Assembly (NCBI GenBank): GCA_965602015.1
Contig: OZ271918.1
Span: forward strand, 3,264,001 to 3,328,000
Direction of reading: 5' to 3'
Origin: Salinispira sp.
Lineage (GTDB): Bacteria; Spirochaetota; Spirochaetia; DSM-27196; Salinispiraceae
DNA: 64,000 nt
The notes under the pieces are model-generated. The model searched no databases and was not told the DNA's origin. It saw only the letters and a program-made list of their open reading frames with translations. The translations under genes and the position numbers were made by a program. How positions within the stretch are numbered: the stretch's first letter is position 1; the number at the start of each line of letters is the position of its first letter. Of this stretch, positions 29,652 to 39,134 are shown in pieces.

Positions 29652-30302
29652 TTAGCGGCCGAGGGAAAATAAGCCGCCGCGGTTCTTGAGAGGGTACCAC
29701 CTACCCGAGGGCTTGTTCTCGAGAATTCCCTGACAGATATGATCAGCAAAATCATCGGCCGATACATCCCGGGCGCTGAAGCCCCGAAGAACTGTGGTAT
29801 CCTGGCTGTAGTAGGCGAACAGACTGTTTGCCGCTGCTTCGACCCCGCCGTACACCAGAGAGTCCATCGGTCCGGAAACTTCCGGGCCGCTGTTTTGAAG
29901 GACGATATTTATGGAGCCCGACCCGATGCGGTTAAAGTACGCCATCGCTTCTTTTACCAGGAACATAAAGCCCTTGATATCTCCATCAATGCGCTCTTCG
30001 ATTTGCCGGCTGCTGATGCTTTGAATGGTTTCATCAGTCGCCATGATGCTCTGAACGATGAGAAGGTGATTAACAGTAATTTTCCGGTTCGAAAGCTCGA
30101 GGAAAAGCGAGCGGGAGGAAATGGGCGAACGCCGCTCATGCTCAAGCAGGATGAGAGATTCTTCATCGGCATCGGGGAAAATTATTTCCTCGTTTTCCCG
30201 TTCTATTCCCGCGATAACCTTTCGTTGGTTTTTTAACAGTCGGCTAACCAGGCTGCGGCTGAGCGGGCTTTGATTTCCTGTTATCAGAAGGGTCTCATCC
30301 AT
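29652..30302 (-). CDS. SDR-like Rossmann-fold protein with degenerate motifs
   Basis: LLITGNQSPLSRSL in place of TGxxxGxG; no YxxxK; promoter TTGACC-N17-TAGACT. Confidence 0.6.
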   Translation of the reverse strand: MDETLLITGNQSPLSRSLVSRLLKNQRKVIAGIERENEEIIFPDADEESLILLEHERRSPISSRSLFLELSNRKITVNHLLIVQSIMATDETIQSISSRQIEERIDGDIKGFMFLVKEAMAYFNRIGSGSINIVLQNSGPEVSGPMDSLVYGGVEAAANSLFAYYSQDTTVLRGFSARDVSADDFADHICQGILENKPSGRWYPLKNRGGLFSLGR

Positions 30303-30366
30303 GGTATGTTGAGTCTATATTCAGGCATTTGCAGGGTCAAGGGCAAAGGATTTTCAGGAGACTGGC

Positions 30367-32022
30367 ATGAACATCGCCATTGGGCAGATTAACTCGGTTA
30401 TCGGCGATTTCGCCGGAAATGTGGAAAAAATCATCAGTTATTCAAAGAAGGCTGTATCTTCCGGCGCTGAGATTATCGTATTTCCCGAACTTGCGGTCTG
30501 CGGGTATCCGCCGATGGATCTCCTGGACCATCCGGCCTTCCTTCAGGAAAATCTCCAGGCGCTGCGACGGCTCCAGCACGAGCTTCCGGCCGACATTGCT
30601 GTGCTGGTCGGGTATGTGGAAAAGAACCCGGGACTCAGCGGTAAAGCCCTGCAAAATTGCGCTGCGGCGATTTACAATGGAAACATCGTTCACCGTCAGG
30701 CGAAGACCCTGTTACCTACCTATGACGTGTTTGACGAGGCCCGGTATTTTGAACCCGCCCATGAACGCCGTCTCTGGATACACAAGGGCATTAAGATCGG
30801 CATCGCGATCTGCGAGGATCTCTGGTGGGAGAACGAGGAAGCGCAAAACCTGCGATACCCCGTCGATCCGGTGAGTGAGCTCCTCGATGCCGGCGCCCGG
30901 ATGATTCTCGTACCTTCGGCGAGCCCCTTCCACGCTGGAAAACTGGCGACCCGGGCCCGGCTAATCCGTGATGTGGGGGTATCAAGCGCTGCGCCGGTGG
31001 TCTACGCAAATCTGGTGGGCGCCAATGACAATCTCATTTTCGACGGCAGATCACTGATTTCCGACACAAGGGGCGACATTCACGCCATGGCCAGGGAATT
31101 CGAGGAAGATCTGCTGATCAGCGATGTTCCGGAAATCGGCAACAAGGTTTCTCCGGCAGTCGATAAATACCGGGAGATCGAAGCGGCTCTTGTGCTGGGC
31201 ATCCGGGATTACCTGGCGAAAACCGGTTTTCAGCGGGTTCATCTCGGATTATCCGGAGGAGTTGACTCCGCCCTGGTTCTGGCACTCGCCGTCCGGGCTC
31301 TGGGTCCCGATAAGGTCGAGGCCTTTATGCTCCCAAGCCAGTATTCGTCGAGCGGCAGCATAACCGACTCAGAAAAGCTCTGTGAAAACCTGGGATTGAC
31401 TCCCCGAACAATCCCCATAGAGGAGCTGTACCACAGTTTCGAGAGGGCTCTGGAACCGCATTTCGCCGGTCTGGAAGCGGGTCTCGCCGAAGAAAATATA
31501 CAGGCGAGAATCCGGGGAAATCTGCTCATGGCATACTCAAACAAATTTGCAAGTCTGGTTCTCACCACGGGCAACAAATCAGAGCTCGGAGTCGGATACT
31601 GCACCTTGTATGGAGATATGGCCGGTTCACTGGCGGTAATCGGCGATCTTTTTAAGACCGAGGTATATGAACTGTGCCGATATATAAACAGGGATGGGGA
31701 AGTAATTCCCGAAAGCATTCTTACCAAGGCGCCCTCGGCGGAACTTCGCCCGGATCAGAAGGATGAAGACAGCCTTCCGCCGTATGAACTCTTGGACGAG
31801 CTGCTTCGGCTCTATCTGCTCAAGGGCTACACCGCCCGGGAACTGGTTGGTTTAGGACATGATGAGGAGCTGGTCCGCCGGGTAATCGGCCTTGTAGCCC
31901 GATCGGAATACAAGCGCCGTCAGGCACCGCCGGTACTCAAGGTGTCGCCAAAGGCCTTCGGCACCGGCCGGCGGATTCCCATTGCCCGGAGCATGTACGA
32001 AATGCGCCTTCCCGGACGCTAA
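30367..32022 (+). CDS. nadE: Glutamine-dependent NAD+ synthetase
   Basis: VFPEL, K(T)LLPTYDVFDE, ICEDLW, GLSGGVDS, ENIQARIRG, PSAELRPDQ. Confidence 0.97.
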   Translation: MNIAIGQINSVIGDFAGNVEKIISYSKKAVSSGAEIIVFPELAVCGYPPMDLLDHPAFLQENLQALRRLQHELPADIAVLVGYVEKNPGLSGKALQNCAAAIYNGNIVHRQAKTLLPTYDVFDEARYFEPAHERRLWIHKGIKIGIAICEDLWWENEEAQNLRYPVDPVSELLDAGARMILVPSASPFHAGKLATRARLIRDVGVSSAAPVVYANLVGANDNLIFDGRSLISDTRGDIHAMAREFEEDLLISDVPEIGNKVSPAVDKYREIEAALVLGIRDYLAKTGFQRVHLGLSGGVDSALVLALAVRALGPDKVEAFMLPSQYSSSGSITDSEKLCENLGLTPRTIPIEELYHSFERALEPHFAGLEAGLAEENIQARIRGNLLMAYSNKFASLVLTTGNKSELGVGYCTLYGDMAGSLAVIGDLFKTEVYELCRYINRDGEVIPESILTKAPSAELRPDQKDEDSLPPYELLDELLRLYLLKGYTARELVGLGHDEELVRRVIGLVARSEYKRRQAPPVLKVSPKAFGTGRRIPIARSMYEMRLPGR

Positions 32023-32099
32023 AAGCTTTACCTTGCGAAATCAGCAGCGGCCGGGTTACTATACAACGGTTTTTCCTACAAAAACCCAGGAACGAGAAC

Positions 32100-33194
32100 A
32101 TGGAGACCAGCACTAAAAAAGGCGTCATCGACATCCCCATGCGGGTCATCTTTACTGATGACGGCGTCTCCTATTTCACACAGAGCGGTAAAAAAATCAA
32201 CCGGTTCAAACTTTCCGACGGTGTTGAGGAATACGGCATCCATGTTGTCGATTTCAGTCCGGCGACCATTCAGCGCATGCAGCTTCTCGATTACATCAGC
32301 AAACTCGAGCTTCCATTAACCGACGTGGTTTCGAAACGAAGGGAAATAATCGACTTAATCAAACTGATGACCTACGGCATGCTGTACCGGCAGTTCAACA
32401 CCCGCCTTTTTGAGGAGGTGGTCGAGTCGGAGATGATTATGCATTACAATCGGCACAACATAAAAAACCCCATCGACTACCGAACGAAAATAAATCAGGC
32501 GGTACTCAACAATTTCTTCCAGAAAAACATGGCCGCGGTACATGAAATTAAAACCCTGATGGTCAAACCCATACTCAAACGACTGGAGGGGAGCGACAGC
32601 CTGCAGGATTCTGAAAAAGAGCAGTACAGTCATCTTGCCCGCAAGTACCTGGACAACTTGAATTCCCTCATTTACTTTATTCTCAGCATCCATCGGGGCT
32701 CCAGCGGTTATTACGAGCTGATCCGAAGCGGACAGCAGCTGCTCTCGCAGTTTATGGACAAGGCCAGCATTCCCGAGTATCTGGCCTTGATGCTGGTCGA
32801 ACTGCTGATGAACATGGCCATGAGCGACACTCAAAGTTCCGCCCTGAAGAAGCTCCTCGATGACGACAATATTTACGTGTTGTTGCGGCTCAGTAAAAAG
32901 CGCCATGAAAAAGGTGACCGCTCCCGCATGCATTTCATGATCTCGAATCAAAAGTCCGGTTTCGAGGATATGAAGCAAAAAATAAACAACCGCATCACAA
33001 CAAATATCAGCGGAAAGAGCCTGAAAGATTTCTACGAGGGCACACCGGAGATTGCGGAAAACATGAACCTGGGCCTGTACTATCTTTCCTACCTCAATGA
33101 GGCCTGTAAAAAAGTCCATATCAATTTCGAGAGCTTTGTGAACCGCAACGAGACCGACGCCACAACCACCATCCACATCATCCTCACTATCTGA
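32100..33194 (+). CDS. Hypothetical protein; C-terminal part resembles a degenerate HATPase_c fold
   Basis: 364-aa ORF; LVELLMNM and NLGLYYL resemble N-box and G2-box motifs (weak). Confidence 0.7.
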   Translation: METSTKKGVIDIPMRVIFTDDGVSYFTQSGKKINRFKLSDGVEEYGIHVVDFSPATIQRMQLLDYISKLELPLTDVVSKRREIIDLIKLMTYGMLYRQFNTRLFEEVVESEMIMHYNRHNIKNPIDYRTKINQAVLNNFFQKNMAAVHEIKTLMVKPILKRLEGSDSLQDSEKEQYSHLARKYLDNLNSLIYFILSIHRGSSGYYELIRSGQQLLSQFMDKASIPEYLALMLVELLMNMAMSDTQSSALKKLLDDDNIYVLLRLSKKRHEKGDRSRMHFMISNQKSGFEDMKQKINNRITTNISGKSLKDFYEGTPEIAENMNLGLYYLSYLNEACKKVHINFESFVNRNETDATTTIHIILTI

Positions 33195-33232
33195 CCGGCC
33201 GCAGGGAAATGGGCCGCACACACCAGGTAATC

Positions 33233-33275
33233 TTGAATATGATTCAGGAATAGAGTATATTGAATCAAAGTTCAA
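33233..33275 (+). promoter_or_regulatory. tetR promoter with two TGAA..TTCA dyads
   Basis: TTGAAT-N17-TATATT; TGAATatgATTCA (33234-33246) and TTGAAtcaaagTTCAA (33260-33275). Confidence 0.6.
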
Positions 33276-33289
33276 AATTTGAGGGTGTT

Positions 33290-33874
33290 ATGGCCAGACA
33301 ACAGGACGAAGAAAAGCGGGTAAAAATCCTCCAGGCCGCCATTAAGGCCTTCGGTGATCAGGGATTTACCAACACTACCATGAAGGATATCGCCATAGCA
33401 TCGGGCATCGCCCCGGGGTCTATCTATACCTACTTCAAAGACAAGGAAGTGCTGTTTATATCCGCCGTAAATGCGGTGTGGAAAAAGTTTTACCGGCAGC
33501 TCAACAGCATCCTTCACTCGGAAATGGAAATCCAGGACCGGATAACCGCAATCACCAATTACGGCTTCGACATTCTCAAGGAACTCCATCCGCTTGTACG
33601 GGGCATGTATCAGGAAGCGAACAGGCTCAACCTCTTCCGTAAAAACCTCGTACGGGTCAGCAATCAGCTCTCCGCCCTCTTTGACCGTCCTGAGGCCGCC
33701 GCCTATCCTCTCTCGAAATACGACCCCGAATCCCGGGCCTACCTTCTCAAACTCTGGATATCCGGTATTTTGTTCACCTTTTCATCGGTATCCAACACCA
33801 GGCTCAAGGATGAAATTTCAAAAATGAAAATCCTCATCTCCCAGGGCCTTACCCCAGACAGCTCAGGGGCCTGA
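33290..33874 (+). CDS. TetR/AcrR family regulator
   Basis: ILQAAIKAFGDQGFTNTTMKDIA..SGIAPGSIYTYFKDKE; GAGG RBS. Confidence 0.93.
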   Translation: MARQQDEEKRVKILQAAIKAFGDQGFTNTTMKDIAIASGIAPGSIYTYFKDKEVLFISAVNAVWKKFYRQLNSILHSEMEIQDRITAITNYGFDILKELHPLVRGMYQEANRLNLFRKNLVRVSNQLSALFDRPEAAAYPLSKYDPESRAYLLKLWISGILFTFSSVSNTRLKDEISKMKILISQGLTPDSSGA

Positions 33875-33918
33875 GCGCTATCTTGATTTAATGAACTTCC
33901 CGGTCGTACAATGATGCG

Positions 33919-35604
33919 GTGCAGGGACTACAAAGACTGGAAAAACTCAGACACGAGTTGAGGACCTATCTTAATCACATAATCGGGTACGCGGAAATCC
34001 TGAAGACCGATGCTCTTGAATACGGTCGGGGATCCTATCTTGGCGGGCTGGAAAGCGTTAGTTCGAAAGCAGACAAGATCCGTCGGCTCATCAGTTTTTT
34101 TCTCGACGCCGACTCGGATTACCTCGACATGGCCACATCCGAAGATATAAAGAAGGCGTTTTTTGTTCCCCTGATGCAGATTATTACCGATACCCGCCGG
34201 CTCATCGTTCAATTCAAACGAGAGGACCCCTCATTTGTACCCGACGGAGAACAAATTCTCCACGTGGCCAATCAAATGCTCCAGCTTGTCGAGGAGGAAA
34301 TCATCGACATCCAGCTGGAGGAGCTCTACGAAAATCAGGAGGAGGAAGAACGCTCCTTCCCCACCGTAACTTCCAGCAGAAGCCAACAGGACCCGGACAT
34401 TCCGGATTTCCGGGAGTTCGATTTTGAAGAAGATTTCCAGGGAGAAAAGGCCCGGAATCCGGGCAACATCCTCCTCGTGGACGATTCGTCGGCTTCGAGG
34501 GTGCTCATAAACCGGCATTTATCGGCTCTGGGCCACAGGATCAGCGAGGCTGCTTCCGGCGAAGAAGCCCTCAGTATGCTCGGTGATTTCCGCCCCGACC
34601 TCATCATTCTCGATGTACTTATGCCTGACATGACCGGCTATCAGGTGTTGCGTGAGCTCAAACGCCACGGCGAAACCAGGGAAATACCGGTTATTATGCT
34701 TTCTGCTGTACAGAATTCCGAGAGCATCGCCCAATGCATAAAAATGGGTGCCGAGGACTATCTTCCCAAGGATTACGAGCCGACTATTCTCAAGGCGCGG
34801 ATCGACGCCAGCATCGAGAAAACCCGTCTCCAGGAGGAGCGTGAGCAGTACACACGAGCCCTGCTCGAAAGCCAAAACGCACTGGCCGGGGAACTGCGGG
34901 AAGCGGCAAACTACATAACGAATCAGCTTCCCCAGCCGCTTTCCGGGGACATCCAGAGCAGTCTCTACTTTAATCCCTCGGCTCAGCTCGGAGGGGATTT
35001 TTTTAATCATTTTTGGCTTGATGCGGAGAATCTCTGCATCTTTCTTCTGGACGCCAGCGGACACGGAATACGTTCAGCCCTGCTGGCAATCAGCATCTCC
35101 CATCTGCTGGGTACCCGGAGTCTTCCGGGCACGAGTTTTACCAATCCGGCTTCGGTGCTGGCTAACCTCAACCGCAATTTCCAGATTGAGGAAGAGAATT
35201 CCAGTTTTTTTACCATCTGGTACGGAGTATACAACCGGCGGGAAAATATCCTCAGGTATTCTGCCGCCGGAGCGGCTCCCGCGGTTCTGATGAAGCCCGG
35301 CGCCGATGCCCCTGTTCTACTGGGCAGCGAAGACCTCATAATCGGCGCCCTCGATGAAACGGAATACAATCAGTACGAACAGAAGATAGGCAAGGGCGAC
35401 AGGCTGTTTTTATTCAGCGACGGAGTCTATGAGATTACCCGCAGTAACGGAAAAATTCTCGGAATAGAAGAGTTTATCGAACTGATCCGGCTAACGCCGG
35501 GAGAACTCGATCAGGATCTCTCCCAGGTGCTCACCCAGATTGAAGCCCTCTCGGTAAGCGAAAATTTCGAGGATGACATTAGCATCCTCGAAATTCAGTT
35601 TTAA
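33919..35604 (+). CDS. HisKA-like + receiver + SpoIIE/PP2C phosphatase protein
   Basis: RHELRTYLNHIIGYAEIL; ILLVDD, LDVLMP, PK; LGGDFF, DASGHG, FSDG, EDDIS. Confidence 0.88.
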   Translation: MQGLQRLEKLRHELRTYLNHIIGYAEILKTDALEYGRGSYLGGLESVSSKADKIRRLISFFLDADSDYLDMATSEDIKKAFFVPLMQIITDTRRLIVQFKREDPSFVPDGEQILHVANQMLQLVEEEIIDIQLEELYENQEEEERSFPTVTSSRSQQDPDIPDFREFDFEEDFQGEKARNPGNILLVDDSSASRVLINRHLSALGHRISEAASGEEALSMLGDFRPDLIILDVLMPDMTGYQVLRELKRHGETREIPVIMLSAVQNSESIAQCIKMGAEDYLPKDYEPTILKARIDASIEKTRLQEEREQYTRALLESQNALAGELREAANYITNQLPQPLSGDIQSSLYFNPSAQLGGDFFNHFWLDAENLCIFLLDASGHGIRSALLAISISHLLGTRSLPGTSFTNPASVLANLNRNFQIEEENSSFFTIWYGVYNRRENILRYSAAGAAPAVLMKPGADAPVLLGSEDLIIGALDETEYNQYEQKIGKGDRLFLFSDGVYEITRSNGKILGIEEFIELIRLTPGELDQDLSQVLTQIEALSVSENFEDDISILEIQF

Positions 35605-35611
35605 ACCGGAA

Positions 35612-38600
35612 CTACTTACCGTCCCCGGCCTTCCCTTTCTTGCCAGCCTGCTTTGCCGGCGCTCCGGACTTTTTTGCGCCAGCAGGTTTTTTCGCCGCAG
35701 AAGCTTTTTTTGCCTTGGCAGCGGGTTTTTCCGGACCGATGAGGGAATTCACCTTGTATCCGCTTTTATCCATTCTCTTGAGCCAGTCACGGCTCCTGGC
35801 ATACACCTTCTTAACCAGGGTCTGAGTAATCTTGTCGGCAGTGACAAGATGATAAAAGCCGGACCACCAGGTAAAATCTTCGAAGGATTCCTTATTGAAC
35901 CAGATGTCGCCGTTGAAATAATTCGAACCGATGGCATCCAGGATAAGCTGGTGATTGACCGCTTCCCGTAAATCCTGGGGAGCCGGCGACTTTTCCCCTG
36001 CGCCCCATAGCTCGTAGGTTTCCAGCCAGCGGAAGGTCGCGGCAACGCCGGGATCAAATCCCAATTTTTCGACAATCTTCGCTTCGAGATACCATTCTTC
36101 ATCATATTTCCCCAGGCAGTGGAGAATGAGGAAGCTCAAGAGTCTCGTCTCGGTATTATAGTGGCTGTGCACCGGTTTGAGGAAATACTGATATTCCGGG
36201 CCGTCCTGGGCAGCCGCCTCCAGCTGCATCAATTGGGAAATATTGTTAATACCCTGTGCAAAACTATCGGCCGCCTTGTGGGCAAAATCTGCATCGTCGG
36301 TGAAATCGACCACGGACTCGGCAAATACCCGATAGGGATCCACCAGCGCGCTCTTTTCTTTCGCAGTTTTTTTACCGCCTGTGCGCAGGTAATCCACAAA
36401 CTTATCCACATATTCTGCAGTGAAGAAGGCTGAGAAGGCATCATAGACCGGCTTTAATACGATATCGCGGATTCCCTGTGCAATATCCGGAACTCCCTTG
36501 CCCTCGAGGCGATCGTGCAGCTGCCGATAGTGATGGAACTGGTTATCCCATACCTCGTGGATGTCGAGAAATACCTGAGATTCATAGCCGTTCAGGGCGA
36601 AGTACATGCCTTTCTCATGGATCTCCGATGACTTGCGGATGTACCACAGGCCGCTTTTGGTCTCGCGGAAGAGCATCCAGGCGTTATCCGCAGCGTGGAG
36701 CTTCAGCGCTTCGGCGAGGTTTTTCCGCATGGGCGTTTTATTGCCGCCGGCGGTTTTTTCCACGTATCCCGCGGATTCCTTGATGTAGCCTGAGCAGCGT
36801 TCATAACTGTTGTTGAACGCAACCAGTGCGCTCTCCAGGGCGGTGGCATTGGTGTAGGCAAAGACGTTTTCATTCACCCCCCCGGCGTCGCTGTAGAAGT
36901 CGAAGAGGAAGAAGTTCTCAACTCCTGAAAAGAGGTAGCGTTTCTTCATGAGCGGGAAAATCTCCCGCTCGTGACGCTCCACCATCCACTGGTTCGGCTG
37001 CTCGTCCTTATAGGCTTTCTGGAACTCCATGCCGTACTTTTCCGTGTATCCTTCAACCTGACCGTGACCAATCATCGGGAGGCCGGGCATGGTAACCATC
37101 ATGCTGCAGACACCAAAATACTTGTCGCCGTCGCCGAACTGGGCAATGGCCGTGTCCTCATCGGGATTATTCATAAAATTGACGAAGCGCTTGAGGATGT
37201 CCTTGTCGAATTCGATGGTATTTTTGATGGTCATCCGGTACTTGGCGTTGTCTTCGTTTTTGAGCATGTTCATAAAGGCCGAGTTGTATACCCTGTGCAT
37301 GCCCAGGGTCCGGACGAAATACCCTTCCATCATCCAAAAAGCCTCGGCGAGCAGCAGGGTGTCGGGCACCTCCTCGGCGACCCGGTCGACCACTTCGCGC
37401 CAGAATTCTTCGGGCATCAGTTTGTTGAAATCCGCCCAGGTCATACCGTATTCCGACCGGGAAGCGATGTCTCCTCCGCTGCCCGGTTCGGGGAACCAGA
37501 GGCGGTGGATGTGCTTTTTCGCAAGCGTCATGGCAGCATCAAAGCGAATAATGGGGAAATTCCTGGCGACGTGGAGGATGGTCTGGATTACCGCTTCCCG
37601 GACTTCGGGCATAAGGTAATTGAGCTGAGCCGTATCGTTCCAGGGCATGTGGGTTCCGTCGTTGCCGTGGTAGATGTAGCGGGTATCGCCGCTATCAAAA
37701 TCAACCCGCTTGAAAACGACAGACGCGTCGCTCTGGTCGTAGTAATGATCTTCCAGGTATATCCCTATTCCCGGATTGGATGAGAGGTTCTCGCTATTAA
37801 AGCTGTAGGACGGATACGGGGGGTAACTCAGCTGAAGGTACCAATCGGGATGATTGTGGACCCACTCGCTGTCGATGCCCGTATGATTCGGCACCATATC
37901 GGAGGCCAGGCGGATGCCCCGGCGGGCGCAGCGGTCTCTCAGTTGATTAAGGCCGTCCCAGCCGCCGATGGCCCATGCGATTTCCGAATTGTATAGTGCG
38001 TAAGCCGAGGCAGCGGCATCGGGATTTCCGCAGCGGTGCTTGATCTGACGGGAAGCGTCGCTTCTCTCCCACAAGCCGATGAGCCATAGGGCATTAAAGC
38101 CCCGCGAGGCAAGCAGATCCAGTTCCTCATCGGGAATTTGGTCGAGGGTGCGGATTTCCCGCCCGTACTGCTTGCTGAGCTGATCGAGCCAGACCAGGGT
38201 GCTTTTGGCGAGGAGAACAACGTTGGGCATCCAGTCCGAATCAGCGGAAAAACGCTCGTATTCTTCCAGGCCATTAAAGCTGTAGGCATCCATAAGTCCC
38301 TTGGTGAAGCCGCCGCGGTTGCGGGCGGCGAAGGCGTTGACTTCGTTGAGGTAGTCAATGGCCCTCAGCAGTTTCAGAAATAGGTCTCCGAGGATGTAGC
38401 CCCAACGGTCCCGGATGTATTCGAGCTGCTTTTGCAGGGAGTCGGGATACAAAAGGGCGGGAGTTCGCATCATGGTGAACAGGTCCTGGGAATCCGGTCC
38501 GAATGCCGGAAGATCCTGCAGGAACAACCTGATTTCCTCGATTATAAGCAGATAAGAGCTGTTTTGACGAAGGGCCGCATCGTCTATCAGGGCGGATCCC

Positions 38601-39076
38601 ACGGAATACGCCGGGTTCTCATTACTGAGAAACGCCATAAGCATTTCCTCGATGGCGATCTCGTAGCCCGACTCCCCCTCGTCGAGGCTCTCCAGATAGG
38701 CGTCGACGGTCATCTCGTTGGTAAAGACCGCAGTGGGAGGAAATTCCCCGAGGAATTTTCGAATGCTTCCGTGCAGCCTGTTCTCACCGATTTTTTGCAA
38801 AAGGGTTTCATAGAGCCGGGATAAAAGGGCTTCCCCGACGCTCTCCCGGTACTGGGCGGCCAGAACATGGAAGGCCTCGTCGATGAGGCCCATTGCGTAG
38901 AGATCCTCGGTCCGCAGCTCGGACAGGGACTCATCATCGGCAAAACGCTGAATGGTCTTCCTGGCCGACGCCAAATCGGCGAAAACCGCCGTCCCCCTCG
39001 ATGAGAACAGTCCCGTGCTTAACCCAAAGCGCTTCCGAGCCCCAGCCCTGATGTGAAATTCCCGTAAGCCTCCCAT
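35612..39076 (-). CDS. Large GH13 alpha-amylase-family protein
   Basis: DMVPNH, WNDTAQLNY, IRFDAAM (nucleophile), LLAEAFW (acid/base), FMNNPDE. Confidence 0.9.
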   Translation of the reverse strand: MGGLREFHIRAGARKRFGLSTGLFSSRGTAVFADLASARKTIQRFADDESLSELRTEDLYAMGLIDEAFHVLAAQYRESVGEALLSRLYETLLQKIGENRLHGSIRKFLGEFPPTAVFTNEMTVDAYLESLDEGESGYEIAIEEMLMAFLSNENPAYSVGSALIDDAALRQNSSYLLIIEEIRLFLQDLPAFGPDSQDLFTMMRTPALLYPDSLQKQLEYIRDRWGYILGDLFLKLLRAIDYLNEVNAFAARNRGGFTKGLMDAYSFNGLEEYERFSADSDWMPNVVLLAKSTLVWLDQLSKQYGREIRTLDQIPDEELDLLASRGFNALWLIGLWERSDASRQIKHRCGNPDAAASAYALYNSEIAWAIGGWDGLNQLRDRCARRGIRLASDMVPNHTGIDSEWVHNHPDWYLQLSYPPYPSYSFNSENLSSNPGIGIYLEDHYYDQSDASVVFKRVDFDSGDTRYIYHGNDGTHMPWNDTAQLNYLMPEVREAVIQTILHVARNFPIIRFDAAMTLAKKHIHRLWFPEPGSGGDIASRSEYGMTWADFNKLMPEEFWREVVDRVAEEVPDTLLLAEAFWMMEGYFVRTLGMHRVYNSAFMNMLKNEDNAKYRMTIKNTIEFDKDILKRFVNFMNNPDEDTAIAQFGDGDKYFGVCSMMVTMPGLPMIGHGQVEGYTEKYGMEFQKAYKDEQPNQWMVERHEREIFPLMKKRYLFSGVENFFLFDFYSDAGGVNENVFAYTNATALESALVAFNNSYERCSGYIKESAGYVEKTAGGNKTPMRKNLAEALKLHAADNAWMLFRETKSGLWYIRKSSEIHEKGMYFALNGYESQVFLDIHEVWDNQFHHYRQLHDRLEGKGVPDIAQGIRDIVLKPVYDAFSAFFTAEYVDKFVDYLRTGGKKTAKEKSALVDPYRVFAESVVDFTDDADFAHKAADSFAQGINNISQLMQLEAAAQDGPEYQYFLKPVHSHYNTETRLLSFLILHCLGKYDEEWYLEAKIVEKLGFDPGVAATFRWLETYELWGAGEKSPAPQDLREAVNHQLILDAIGSNYFNGDIWFNKESFEDFTWWSGFYHLVTADKITQTLVKKVYARSRDWLKRMDKSGYKVNSLIGPEKPAAKAKKASAAKKPAGAKKSGAPAKQAGKKGKAGDGK

Positions 39077-39134
39077 ACGGTTCCCCCTTTATGTCTGGTA
39101 CAGATCATTGTAAACCATAAACGGCCATACCGCA

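Noticed and set aside
36402..36410. Isolated TTATCCACA inside the GH13 gene
   Set aside because: A single box in coding sequence is compatible with chance.
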